Below, piece after piece: positions 1 through 9,748 of a DNA stretch of 45,261 nucleotides. The stretch's first letter is position 1. Each line of letters opens with the position of its first letter. The stretch is from a candidate division FCPU426 bacterium (GTDB lineage Bacteria; Oederibacteriota; Muellerivitia; Muellerivitales; Muellerivitaceae). The stretch lies in the NCBI GenBank assembly GCA_963847625.1, contig CAWKAR010000030.1, positions 1 through 45,261 of the forward strand, written 5' to 3'. Under the pieces are notes generated by a model. It was not told the DNA's origin. It worked only from the letters and a program-made list of their open reading frames with translations, and ran no database searches. A program made the position numbers and the translations under genes.

Positions 1-1
1 A

Positions 2-742
2 GCCTGGTCACACCTCAAGAACCTGGTGGAGCGGGGCCTGCTCCTCAAGACCCAAAACCTACCCAATGAGGACACCTATTACTGCCTGACCCGTCCGGCC
101 ATAAGGCACCTTTCGGATCTGGCCCGTATCCTGACTTCCCCGGAAATCCGTTCCCCCCATATCAACCCCTTTGAGAGGGAACACGACAAGCGGGTCATTT
201 CCATGCGTATCCAGGTTGAGGAGGCTGGGGGTCTGGAAGGCTTGACCTGGCTTTCCGACTACGAGATGCGTTGCGGCCTGAGGATGGATTGGAAAACAGC
301 CTTGGAAGAGGGCCGGGGATGGGACTTGGCTGGGGCCAAACTCCACCGGGTGCATCAACGGACCCCGGACGGGTATTTCGTTGGCACCCTGGAGGACCGG
401 GCTTATGGCTTTGTCCTGGAGTACGAACATACAGCTTACAACCGGGACAAGATGGTCGGCATGCTCCTCAACCTGAACCGGGACTTCCCCACCGCCTTCC
501 GGTTGGTAGTCAGCCAGGACAAGGCCCATGCGGTGAGGATGCTGGAAGGTTTGGGAACCTTCCTCAAGGGAGATCCTCGGAACCGGGACCTGTGGGGTTT
601 TTCCTTTTTCGATAAGGTAGCCCACCTGCCTTTTGTCCGGGTGCCTTGGGTCCGACTGGACGGTGAGTATCTACCCTTCGTGAAGGACCCCATCCTGAGG
701 ATGAATCAGGCCGGGATCGGACCCCAGGAGGCCACGGTATGA
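2..742 (+). CDS. Replication-relaxation (Replic_Relax-like) protein, 5'-truncated by the window edge
   Basis: The frame is open from position 2. It shows a wHTH-like 'LKNLVERGLL...YYCLT' segment, a His motif 'EREHD' and a PD-(D/E)xK-like 'RTPDGYF...FVLEYEHT'. It lies next to xis and int genes. Confidence 0.6.
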   Translation, partial: AWSHLKNLVERGLLLKTQNLPNEDTYYCLTRPAIRHLSDLARILTSPEIRSPHINPFEREHDKRVISMRIQVEEAGGLEGLTWLSDYEMRCGLRMDWKTALEEGRGWDLAGAKLHRVHQRTPDGYFVGTLEDRAYGFVLEYEHTAYNRDKMVGMLLNLNRDFPTAFRLVVSQDKAHAVRMLEGLGTFLKGDPRNRDLWGFSFFDKVAHLPFVRVPWVRLDGEYLPFVKDPILRMNQAGIGPQEATV

Positions 743-833
743 ACCGGAAAAACTTAAAGCGGAACTTAAAACAGCTTAAAGGCAAAAACGGAAGAAACGC
801 CCACGAAACGGGTGTATTCGACTGTCCTGCGAC

Positions 834-894
834 GCCAGCCCTCACTCCCCCAGCATCACTATGTGATGACTGGAAATCGGTAGTGAGGGCTGGC
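834..894. other. Long imperfect hairpin in the spacer between the relaxase-like gene and xis
   Basis: GCCAGCCCTCACT (834-846) pairs with AGTGAGGGCTGGC (882-894). Nested inside are CCAG/CTGG and CATCAC-TAT-GTGATG. Confidence 0.65.
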
Positions 895-1119
895 CTCTTA
901 GACAGCCGAATAATAGTAGACGTAGGCGTGAAGAATGAAGAAGAAGTAAAGATAAAAATCGAAAGTCAAAAGAAAAGTCAAAATCAAAGTCAACGACAAC
1001 AGCAAAACCGTGGAAACCCCCCCGTTCTGTCCCTGACGGGACTTGCGAGGTTTTCCACACCTTTCCCTGAAGGTTGGACCCTATGGGGTCCTTTATTTAT
1101 TAATTTGAGGAGGTAAACA

Positions 1120-1386
1120 TTGGAAGATCGCAGAAAGGGCGACCACCGGGAGCAAAATCTGGACCACTTATTGAGCGATGAGCAGGTGGGGCAGTTGGCC
1201 GGGGTGCCATCCCTAACGGTTAAATATTGGAGGCACACCGGGAAATTGCCTTACGTGAAAGTGGGAAAGCACCCCAGGATTTGGTACTCGGAGTTCCTTA
1301 AGGTATTCAAAAAACCCCTTCCCATCCTTGGGGGGGAAGCTGGTAAAATGGGCAAAGCTGAGGACATTAGGAGGATTTATGGCTAG
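1120..1386 (+). CDS. Excisionase-like HTH (HTH_17/MerR-type) DNA-binding protein
   Basis: Motif 'LLSDEQVGQLAGVPSLTVKYWRHTGKLPYVKVGKHPRI'. A GAGGAGG RBS precedes the TTG start, and the gene overlaps the integrase start. Confidence 0.85.
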   Translation: MEDRRKGDHREQNLDHLLSDEQVGQLAGVPSLTVKYWRHTGKLPYVKVGKHPRIWYSEFLKVFKKPLPILGGEAGKMGKAEDIRRIYG

Positions 1387-2479
1387 ACCTAATGTTGAAG
1401 GTTTGCCTCAACATCTGAGGACGGATGCTGGGGGGTATTTTCTGGATTATAGGATTAAGGAGACGGGAGCAAGTAAGCGGGTAAGGGTTCGGTTGGGTCA
1501 TATTCCTTTGGCGAATGCCAGGAGGATATTAGCCCAATATGCGGTAGCCATCGCTGAGAAAAAGTATCTTGGGGATTCGATGCCTAAGATCACTTTCAAC
1601 GAGGCTGCGGACGCCTTTCTTGCCTATTCCCGATCCCGGAAAAAAAGCTTCAAGCAAGACGGGTTCTATGTAAATAACCTCAAGCGGTTTTTCGGTGATA
1701 AGCCCCTTGAGTGTTTGAACCTGGATATGGTTGAGAAATACCTCAACTGGAGAAGAAAGGACGGCAACACCCACTGGAAGCCCTTATCGAACACCTCTCT
1801 CAATAGAGACCTGGCTTGCCTAAAGACCCTTGTTAGAAGGGCGTTGTTAAATAGGCAGATCGACAGGAACCCGATTGAGGGGGTTAAGCTCTTTAAGGAA
1901 ACCTCCAGGAACCGGACTTTAACGGCGGAAGAATACCAAAAGCTTCTTGATTGTTCCCCGCCCCACCAAAGGCCGATTGTCAGTTTGGCTTTTATAACCG
2001 GCATGAGGAAAGGTGAGATTTTCGGGCTGACATGGGAGAAGGTGGATTTCCAGAATGGAATCATTACTCTTGAGGCGGAGGACACGAAAACTCAAGAGAA
2101 ACGGGAAATCCCCATGGATGAAACCCTAAAAGAAATGTTTAGGCGTATTCCACGGACTTTGGGTTGTCCTTACGTGTTCAACCACAATGGAAAGCAGTTG
2201 AACCACGCTAAGACAGGATTCAGGAACGCTTGTCAAAAGGCGGGCTTGGAGGGGTTCCACTTCCACGACTTGCGGCATTGCGCGGTGACGAACATGCGCA
2301 AGGCCGGGGTGCCGGAATCGGTGATTATGAGTATCAGCGGACACAAGACCAACGCTGTCTTTCGGAGATATGACAGGATCGACCGGACGGACAGGCTGGA
2401 TGCCCTGGAAAGGGTTCGGGTGTTCAATGATGCGAATTGGACAAAACGACTTCCGGAGGTGAAAACAGAAATAGGTTGA
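1379..2479 (+). CDS. Tyrosine recombinase / phage-type integrase
   Basis: Catalytic motifs TGMRKGEI (R), TKT (K), FHDLRH (HxxR), SGHK and RRY (Y). AGGAGG precedes ATG 1379, so this start is preferred over 1328. Confidence 0.95.
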   Translation: MARPNVEGLPQHLRTDAGGYFLDYRIKETGASKRVRVRLGHIPLANARRILAQYAVAIAEKKYLGDSMPKITFNEAADAFLAYSRSRKKSFKQDGFYVNNLKRFFGDKPLECLNLDMVEKYLNWRRKDGNTHWKPLSNTSLNRDLACLKTLVRRALLNRQIDRNPIEGVKLFKETSRNRTLTAEEYQKLLDCSPPHQRPIVSLAFITGMRKGEIFGLTWEKVDFQNGIITLEAEDTKTQEKREIPMDETLKEMFRRIPRTLGCPYVFNHNGKQLNHAKTGFRNACQKAGLEGFHFHDLRHCAVTNMRKAGVPESVIMSISGHKTNAVFRRYDRIDRTDRLDALERVRVFNDANWTKRLPEVKTEIG

Positions 2480-2621
2480 GAATGGCTTTTTTCGTCCATG
2501 GATACGAATTGGATAAGCCCATTTTTCAACTTCGAATTTCGATGGGTTGAAGTTGTTGTTTTGCTTTAGCAGTAAGGGTTTTAAGCAATCTTGTTTCAGA
2601 TCAAATTAGACTGTCCGTTTT

Positions 2622-2676
2622 CTCAAAATCTATCGACCTCACGGTCATGTCGGTTCAAGTCCGACCTCGGGCACCA
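2622..2676 (+). tRNA. 3' half of tRNA-Leu(CAA), an att-site duplicate rather than an intact tRNA
   Basis: Anticodon loop CTCAAAA, variable arm GACC-TCAC-GGTC, T-arm GTCGG-TTCAAGT-CCGAC and acceptor strand CTCGGGC-A-CCA are present. No 5' half (GCCCGAG..., D-arm) is seen upstream. Confidence 0.85.
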
Positions 2677-2732
2677 AATTTTCCATTTAAATATCCGGTG
2701 TTTTCATCGAACCGGCTGATAAGTCAATTTTC

Positions 2733-2969
2733 TTAAACTGCCGTTACCCCTTCCCGTCTCTTATACGTCTCTTTTGAAACCCGAACTTTCGCTAAAGCGT
2801 TCATCCGGTCTTCCCGGTCAATCCTGTCATACCGCCTAAAAACCGCATTGGTCTTATGGCCTGAAATGGACATGATGACCGATTCCGGCACACCAGCTTT
2901 TCGCATGTTCGTGATTGCGCAATGCCTTAAGTCGTGAAAAGTGTACCTCCCCGGCAGTCCTTTTCCCAT
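2733..2969 (-). pseudogene. C-terminal remnant of a tyrosine integrase closely related to 1379-2479
   Basis: 'FHDLRHCAITNMRKAGVPESVIMSISGHKTNAVFRRYDRIDR' is nearly identical to the intact integrase C-terminus. The N-terminal ~290 aa are absent. Confidence 0.9.
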
Positions 2970-3055
2970 TCCGCTTCAGTGGAAGGCCGTCCGCGCATTT
3001 CAAATGGAAAAGTAAAGATCTGAAAAGAAAGGGTCCGATAGCCTATCTTTAAAAT

Positions 3056-5065
3056 TCAAAGCAGGGGTTCTTGCAGCTTCAAACCTTTTTGGAGCTTTTG
3101 GATGTCCTCTTTTGGTATCTCGGCTGTGATCAGATAAATTTCCCCGAATTTGCTTTTGTACTCCTTCCAGACAGTCCGAGGGTACAAGTCCTCAATTTTT
3201 TCCTTTTCCGTGTAATATTTTTTCCAATTTGGGAGTGCTGAAAAAATCCAATTATACGTGAAAAACAAGGCAACATTCTTAGTCACCGCGGCTTGGATGG
3301 GCATCTCCAAGGATTTTCCCAGATTGACCGGCACTTTCTGATAAGTGAGATACTGTTCCACCGCGCAAAAGCAATCGTCGTCTTCGGCGACAATATGGTC
3401 CGTTGGATAAAGGTTTGTCATCAGTTGAGCTACGGAGATGTGGTCAAAACCAAGAAAGGACCAATTATAAGAACTGTTGCGGAAATTGAAAAAATAGGAC
3501 CGGATGTTAAAGATGAAAGACGCCCCGACCAATGCCGCAAAAATGATGATTCCAGCCTGCCGTAAAGGTTTTGGCTTGGATGCGAGCAACCGCACCAACC
3601 AATCCATGCCCAGGGCCATAAAAAAGCACAGGAACGGAAGGGCGAAGAAAAATCGGCCGGTATGAAAATAAAAAGGGTCTGTGCCTGTTTTGGTACTTTC
3701 GATATGTATGGAAAGGATATTGGCAAGAATGCCAAAGGCCAACCCGGCGATGGCCAGCAGGTTACTCCATTGTTTGAAACCGCGCAAAGCGATGACCAGG
3801 CCCAAGAATCCGAACATGCCTAGGAAGGGGTCCAGCACTGGAACGCCATTAAGCCCGAAGCGTTCATCAACGCCCCAATAGTTCGGCCAAAAGAGCGTGT
3901 AGAGGGAAGTGAAAATCCTTTGCAGGGCCAGGAGATAGTCCGGGGTGAAAAGCTGGCCGACTCGTCCAAAGGCTTCGGAAGGGTTGCGCATGAGAAAGAC
4001 GAGGAACGGCCCGGCCAGCCATAGGAAACAAACAGTAGAAAACAAGAAGTGTCGTCCATAGGCCCTAAGCCACTTGCCCTTCCGCGAGAGGCTGAACCCC
4101 CCCAGGGCGACGGCCAGTAAAACCGGGACCAGGCGGCCGGAATAATAAGTCATCGCCGCAGCGGCCGTGAAAAGCCCGACCCAGGCGAAAGAGACCCGCC
4201 GCCCCTCCTTCAACGCCCGGGCCAGGAAGAAAAAAGCCAGGATCTCAAAAAGCACGACGTAAATGTGGCTGAAGACCGAAAGGCTGAAAAACAAATACAA
4301 CCAACAATAGGAAAAATAGACGGACGCGAGCCAGGAAGCAGTTGCCGAGAAATAAAGCCGGCACCAGCGGTAAAAGAAATAAAGGGTGATGACGGACAAA
4401 AGTGCGGAAAATCCCCGCGCGGCGGCCAGGTGAACCCCGAAAACCTTCAGGAAACCGGCTAGTAAAAAAAGGGGGAAATAGGGCCAGGCATTGAACGAAA
4501 CAAAGGGGGTATTTTGTTTGCCTTCCAGCACAGCGATCGTGTTTAACATATTAAACGCTTCATCCGGTTGAAGACCGGTCAAATTTTGGCCCAGAAAGGG
4601 GAAACGCAAGGAAACCGCCAGCAGAATTAAAATGGTCAAAGCGGCGGTGTTGGAAAAAAACTCACGGGGCCGAAGGGCGCTTCCCGCTTTTTGGATGGAA
4701 AAAATCACGGCCCACAACAATAGAGCCACCGCAACCAAGCCAGCGACGCCCCATTTTTGGTAAAAACAAATATAAGCCAAACACCAGGCGGCGATCAGCC
4801 ATAAAAAAGGCCAATAAGAAACTGTTTTTTCCTTGCGGGTGGAAGTGATTTCCTTGATGGGCTGTTGAATCGTTTCGGAACGCGCGGGGAACGCCTTAAA
4901 CAAGGCCCATAGGGCCAGCGCCTGAACGGGCAAACCGAGAAGCCAGTTCGGTGTGCCGGAAAGCAACGCGACACCCAAACAACCCAGCAAGATCCCGGGG
5001 ATCAGGTATTTCCATTGGATCGTGCGGCTATTCGCATTCTTTTTTGATCGGGTTTTATTTTTCAT
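3056..5065 (-). CDS. GT-C fold membrane glycosyltransferase (ArnT/PMT_2, GT39/GT83-like)
   Basis: Many transmembrane helices. The first external loop has 'LRF...GLQPDEA'; also 'AARGFSALLS', 'TYYSGR' and 'PVLDP'. Confidence 0.8.
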   Translation of the reverse strand: MKNKTRSKKNANSRTIQWKYLIPGILLGCLGVALLSGTPNWLLGLPVQALALWALFKAFPARSETIQQPIKEITSTRKEKTVSYWPFLWLIAAWCLAYICFYQKWGVAGLVAVALLLWAVIFSIQKAGSALRPREFFSNTAALTILILLAVSLRFPFLGQNLTGLQPDEAFNMLNTIAVLEGKQNTPFVSFNAWPYFPLFLLAGFLKVFGVHLAAARGFSALLSVITLYFFYRWCRLYFSATASWLASVYFSYCWLYLFFSLSVFSHIYVVLFEILAFFFLARALKEGRRVSFAWVGLFTAAAAMTYYSGRLVPVLLAVALGGFSLSRKGKWLRAYGRHFLFSTVCFLWLAGPFLVFLMRNPSEAFGRVGQLFTPDYLLALQRIFTSLYTLFWPNYWGVDERFGLNGVPVLDPFLGMFGFLGLVIALRGFKQWSNLLAIAGLAFGILANILSIHIESTKTGTDPFYFHTGRFFFALPFLCFFMALGMDWLVRLLASKPKPLRQAGIIIFAALVGASFIFNIRSYFFNFRNSSYNWSFLGFDHISVAQLMTNLYPTDHIVAEDDDCFCAVEQYLTYQKVPVNLGKSLEMPIQAAVTKNVALFFTYNWIFSALPNWKKYYTEKEKIEDLYPRTVWKEYKSKFGEIYLITAEIPKEDIQKLQKGLKLQEPLL

Positions 5066-5703
5066 TTAGGCCTTACCTTCACTAAAAATTCGGTCCAAGT
5101 TTAAGTTAGTATAAATGGGCTCAAAATGAAAAACCCAAGAATACTTAACGGAAAAAACAGTTTAAGGAATCTTTCATTTTTAAATAGATTTAAAAAAAAT
5201 AACTTATCTAAGTATTTAAATAATTCAATAAATGATTATGCTTAGACAAAGTCTGAGCGCACCAATTTTTTTCTTTTTCAAACGGTTGTAAAACCTTCTA
5301 AATCATCGTCCCTAGCAGATGCCAGAAGCTTCCGATTGTTTCAATTTATAGTCGGGAACCTTTTTTGTTTGTGGCAGTCGGAGGCGGATAAAACCCGTAA
5401 AAACCGGTTACGAGAGACACGTATATGAAACGAATAAGACACCGACAATTTAGAAAAAGTCTATTTCGCCCCTTTCGCAGCAAATAACCCGCGGAACTGG
5501 CTTGAGGAAAAGGGCGTGCAGGTGATATATATCGAGCAGGGAGTCCCTGGCAAAAAGGTAAGATTTTTCTGCCGAAGCCAAGGGTGCAAGGGGTGGTAGA
5601 TTGTTGGAGACAGGCGCATAATTAGAAGAGACCACTCGGCGGTTCGTGTGGAAAGACACCGAAAGAACTTTAATTCAAGTCGATTATTGGGAGAAGGTTA
5701 AAA

Positions 5704-7878
5704 ATGCCATTCGATGCCCCAGGGAAACAAAAACATATTAAAGCCGTTACATTATCAAACCAAGAACGGATTGTACTCGCGAGTGAAAAGACTAGCGCGA
5801 GACTTCTCATAGTTGATTTTTTCAGGGATGTGCTGACCGCCGCGGTTAACGCGGATAGCAGAGGGTTTCTCCAGAAGATCGTGCTGTCACTTAGGGAAAA
5901 CAACTCGGACAAGCTGATCACAACGCTTGAAGAAGCTAAAACCTACGGGGGAATATCGAAAGATTGCGCCGTTGACGCCTATAAGATCATCGAACATTTA
6001 ATTGGGCATCCGCCAAAATACGAGGGGCTTGGCACGGAGCAGTTCTGCAAGTGGGCGTTAGAATATATTGAATGGAAAAAAGATAACGATGGGGTCATGA
6101 TGCAGCTTTTCCGCGACGCTTATGTACATGATCGAGGATTGAAAAAAGGCATTTTACTGGAAGTGTCGATGGAGGCTGGTTCCCTTGTGGAAGTGCAGGA
6201 AGAATCCCAGGCAAAACAATCCCACCTTGACCCGCGGCAAAACATCACCACCTTTATCTTGGAGAACCTGAAAATGTATTCTGAGGTGGAGCAAGACAAG
6301 CTTGAGGATGTTAAAAATATGATGCGGTCGTTTTGGCCTGGCTTGACAGACGACCTGACTAATACCGACCTTTTCCGGAAACTGGATGGAAAACTGGATA
6401 AGGCGGATAAGGACCAGGTGTATTACTGGAACGGCTATCTGGGCGTTACGGTGACCGGCGAAAATGAAAACAAACCTCTCTGGTTTGATTGCCTCTCACA
6501 AGATCGGACCAAAGAGGCTTCCGCTAAAAGGGAAAAAGACGATGAGTTGTTGATGGACCATTTGAATGAAAGTCATTTGAGCTCTTTGCTGTCAACAGAA
6601 GATAAGCCGGCGCAGGAACAGCTTAAACCGGATGACAGCAAAGTGTTTTATGGGGCAGTCCATAAGGTGAATTCGCGCGAGCCGATCCGTCTTCAAGATA
6701 GCGTCAAGATCATCGACCTGAAAACACGGATCACCTATGACCCTCCGAAGCCGGCGGGCCGTCTGGGAAAAGTCGATTACTACAAGTTCATCTACCCGGT
6801 TCTTCCCGACTACAACGATCCCCAATTCAAGCAGGTCCTGGGATTCAATGAGCTCCTGGTGGGATCATTCCTGGATGAAAAAAATCAATCCGATGCCTAT
6901 TTTATCGTCAGGACGCGGAATGAATTTGAGTCGTTAGTCAAGGCCTATAAACTTGAAAAACTGAGGGTATGCGAATACGACGCGACATTGAAGAACGCCC
7001 TGCCCGCCAATGTAACGAAAGATTTAAGGAACACTGTCATTGAAAGAACGCGGACGTTCCTGTCTCAAAACCGCGGAAAGATCCCCGCTATACTGGCCGC
7101 CCTGAAAGCCGGGAAAGCGAATGACACGGTCGCAGCTCTGATGGAATACGTCAAGGTCCAGATGTCGCCCGATGGCAGGCTGGCTTATGATCTGCGGAAT
7201 TGCCTTAAAAAGGTCATATCGGCTAAACAAGATATCCTACCGGCTAAACAAACGCTCCAGGCCCAACAGGCGCTCCAAGATAAACTCATGATCCAAACTC
7301 AAAATGAGATCAAAACGAATCAAACGCTTCAACGCATACAAGCGTTCAAGGCTAAACTGGCGCTTCAAGTCAAGCAGACTCTCCAAGCTAAAAAAGCGCT
7401 CGACGTTCAAGTCGCGCCCCTTTTCGAACTGGTGTCCCAAGCTTATCAAGCACGCCAATTACAGCCAAAACCCCCCGCTCAACCCGGAACCAAATCCAAA
7501 GCGTTATCCCCGCCTAAAGCGGCACCGCCGGCTCCACCCGCGCTCCCGTGGGAGACCGTGATCCCCTGGGACAAACTAACACAACTCGCCGAGAATCTTG
7601 CGGAGAAGGCGAAATTGGAATTGCCCGATGCGAAAATTGTGCTGATATTGCCAGAAACCAATAAAAACATTACCGATAGACTCTTCGAAGATCTTATAAC
7701 ATTTTTTTATGATTTCATGATCAAGGCCATTCAGGAGCCGGTTGCCAAGTTTTCCATGGTGATGGCGGAATCCCTGGCGGACTACCTATCATCTTTGGAA
7801 GGAAATAACCAACAACAGATGATGGATGCATTGGCCCGGTTGGCCGAAGAAATGTCGCCGGGGGAGCAGCAGGGTTAG
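5704..7878 (+). CDS. Hypothetical 724-aa soluble protein with a Gln-rich coiled-coil and Pro-rich linker near the C-terminus
   Basis: Long ORF with a purine-rich leader (GGGAGAAGG). No signal peptide and no family recognised. Confidence 0.7.
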   Translation: MPFDAPGKQKHIKAVTLSNQERIVLASEKTSARLLIVDFFRDVLTAAVNADSRGFLQKIVLSLRENNSDKLITTLEEAKTYGGISKDCAVDAYKIIEHLIGHPPKYEGLGTEQFCKWALEYIEWKKDNDGVMMQLFRDAYVHDRGLKKGILLEVSMEAGSLVEVQEESQAKQSHLDPRQNITTFILENLKMYSEVEQDKLEDVKNMMRSFWPGLTDDLTNTDLFRKLDGKLDKADKDQVYYWNGYLGVTVTGENENKPLWFDCLSQDRTKEASAKREKDDELLMDHLNESHLSSLLSTEDKPAQEQLKPDDSKVFYGAVHKVNSREPIRLQDSVKIIDLKTRITYDPPKPAGRLGKVDYYKFIYPVLPDYNDPQFKQVLGFNELLVGSFLDEKNQSDAYFIVRTRNEFESLVKAYKLEKLRVCEYDATLKNALPANVTKDLRNTVIERTRTFLSQNRGKIPAILAALKAGKANDTVAALMEYVKVQMSPDGRLAYDLRNCLKKVISAKQDILPAKQTLQAQQALQDKLMIQTQNEIKTNQTLQRIQAFKAKLALQVKQTLQAKKALDVQVAPLFELVSQAYQARQLQPKPPAQPGTKSKALSPPKAAPPAPPALPWETVIPWDKLTQLAENLAEKAKLELPDAKIVLILPETNKNITDRLFEDLITFFYDFMIKAIQEPVAKFSMVMAESLADYLSSLEGNNQQQMMDALARLAEEMSPGEQQG

Positions 7879-8144
7879 TTTAACTTTCTCGAATGCGTTA
7901 TCTTTCCCTAAAGCAATGAAGCGGCTGCCGTGGCAGGCGAACCAAGATTGATGAAAGCGTTCGGATTTCCCATCCTGCCTTTAAAATTCCGATTCGCAGT
8001 TAAAATCTGGTTCTCGCCGTCCGATAGCACTCCGGCCAATAAAATCTCGGTCCTAAGACAATCCTGCCTTGATTCGTAGTTAACGTAGTAAGCTGAAGTG
8101 CTTTTCTAGGGCTCCGCATTAGAATATATCCTGGATTTACTTCA

Positions 8145-8285
8145 GGGTACCTCTATAAATCGCTGTTCCCCTTCTCCCTAGAGGGGAGAAGGATGGGATG
8201 AGGGTGGAAATAGCGAGGTTTTTCACCCCTCACCCTACCCTCTCCCTCAAGGGGCGAGGGCTTAAATGAATTTTTAGAGGTTCCC
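8145..8285. mobile_element. MITE-like element (141 bp) containing an inverted pair of REP-like palindromes
   Basis: Terminal inverted repeats GGGTACCTCTATAAAT / ATTTTTAGAGGTTCCC (14/16 match). TTCA is duplicated at 8141-8144 and 8286-8289. Internal hairpins are CCTTCTCCC..GGGAGAAGG and CCCTCTCCC..GGGCGAGGG. Confidence 0.75.
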
Positions 8286-8470
8286 TTCAGGGCTTTCCTC
8301 GCATTTATAAGGTTTTTTCTTTAAACTTATTTATTCATATTCTTTGGAATAAAACGTCCTATTCGGAGTCTATATTTATAGAGGGCCTGGTGGGTAACCC
8401 AGTTCCGGCTGCTGACAACGCCCTAAAACCGCATTTTTAATATTTAAAAGGAACCTATTAGGAGTCTGGA

Positions 8471-9016
8471 ATGAAAAAGATCTTCTTGTTACCGGCTTTA
8501 GCCTTGTTATTAATTTTCGGGATATTAACCTTCTGTGGGTGTAATAAAACTTTGCCATTGGCCCCTCATCCTTCAGGCTCTGTCGCTACGATCCCTACAA
8601 CCACACCCAGCTCCTCATCCGTTTGCCTGCCCTTCACGGCGATCATGAATTTCCCCTTTACATCCCAAACTACTGGGAACTTCGTGATCCATAGCATGGC
8701 AGGCTGGCTAGCCTACACGGGTTGTACCCCCGGAACCTGTCCAGTGCCTCCGGTTGATTTTAATTCCAGCATGCTTCTAGTAAGCGAGGAAACCTTTACC
8801 CGGGTTTGCGGCTGCTTTCCTCTTTCCGAAGCCATTACAGAAGTCTGTACCGATGGAAACGTGATCACAGTAAATGTGCATAAGACATTTCCTCCCGACT
8901 GCAGCTTCACTCCAACGGCCTCGCCGGGTATTTGTGTCCAGTCCTATACGATCGGATCTGCCATTGCCTTGAACCAATCCGGCCTACCCGTGACTTGGGT
9001 GTACGATGGGTTATAA
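8471..9016 (+). CDS. Cys-rich lipoprotein, possibly with a PrcB C-terminal-like domain
   Basis: Lipoprotein signal ending FCGC, a T/S/P linker and 'PPVDFNSSMLLV'. AGGAG RBS present. Confidence 0.6.
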   Translation: MKKIFLLPALALLLIFGILTFCGCNKTLPLAPHPSGSVATIPTTTPSSSSVCLPFTAIMNFPFTSQTTGNFVIHSMAGWLAYTGCTPGTCPVPPVDFNSSMLLVSEETFTRVCGCFPLSEAITEVCTDGNVITVNVHKTFPPDCSFTPTASPGICVQSYTIGSAIALNQSGLPVTWVYDGL

Positions 9017-9061
9017 ACTCAGAATCACGATATTTTGAAAGAATCGCATTTGGAGGATGGA

Positions 9062-9691
9062 ATGAATTCTGTAAGGCGTTTATGGACGTTCGGGGTTATT
9101 TTACTGGCGGGTTTCTGGGTGGCCACGGGTTGCAATAAAATTTATAACGTTCCAGTTGCGCCGGTCCTGACAACAATGCCCACCGCGACCCAGACAAGCT
9201 CCTTGACTTCCACGCCCAGCCTGACGCCGACGGCGGCTTTCACTTTCACAACCACACCCACACCGACTTCCACAGCCACGGCGACTTGGGCAAACACCGC
9301 CACCTTGACCTCGACGCCTTCGGCTTCGCCGACCCCCACAGCTACCGCCACCCCTAATGGAACGGTGGAAGACGTGACGGAATCCAATTTCACCACGGAA
9401 GTCCTGGATTACAGCATGCCAGTCATGGTGGAATTCTTCGCCACCTGGTGCCCGCATTGCGCAGCTTTTAAACCGGTCGTGGACCAGTTCGCCTTGAATT
9501 ATGCCGGCAAGATCAAGGTGGTCCGAGTGGACATTGACTTGAATCCTAACCTGACTATGGACTATGGAATTTCGGGAATCCCCACCTCGATCTTTTTCGT
9601 AAATGGATCAGCGGTCACAACCCTAGTAGGCGAAGTGACACTGAACGTTTTATCTAGCACTGCCGATACCATCCTAGCCTCCGCACCCTGA
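9062..9691 (+). CDS. Thioredoxin-domain lipoprotein with a Thr/Pro-rich stalk
   Basis: Lipobox VATGC, a ~65-aa Thr-rich linker, 'VMVEFFATWCPHC' and cis-Pro 'SGIPT'. GGAGG precedes ATG 9062. Confidence 0.9.
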   Translation: MNSVRRLWTFGVILLAGFWVATGCNKIYNVPVAPVLTTMPTATQTSSLTSTPSLTPTAAFTFTTTPTPTSTATATWANTATLTSTPSASPTPTATATPNGTVEDVTESNFTTEVLDYSMPVMVEFFATWCPHCAAFKPVVDQFALNYAGKIKVVRVDIDLNPNLTMDYGISGIPTSIFFVNGSAVTTLVGEVTLNVLSSTADTILASAP

Positions 9692-9748
9692 CGGGCCGCC
9701 CGAGGTCACAAACCGAGGGCGAAGATTGCCCGTGCTCACAACCGGCCC

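Larger units (their letters stand above)
1..2676 (+). mobile_element. Right end of an integrative element inserted at tRNA-Leu(CAA)
   Basis: Relaxase-like gene, Xis-like HTH and tyrosine integrase are followed by the 3' half of a tRNA (att copy) at 2622-2676. Confidence 0.75.

Noticed and set aside
739..1116. 125-aa ORF between the relaxase-like gene and xis
   Set aside because: It crosses a strong hairpin and a low-complexity A-rich tract and has no recognisable motif. It is not excluded (its start overlaps the upstream stop) but is unsupported.
2590..2676. Intact tRNA-Leu gene
   Set aside because: There is no 5' acceptor strand, D-arm or 5' anticodon-stem strand. Only the 3' half is present.
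5066..5703. Possible riboswitch or ncRNA in the long AT-rich spacer
   Set aside because: I recognised no aptamer consensus or convincing extended structure by eye. An Infernal/Rfam search would be needed.
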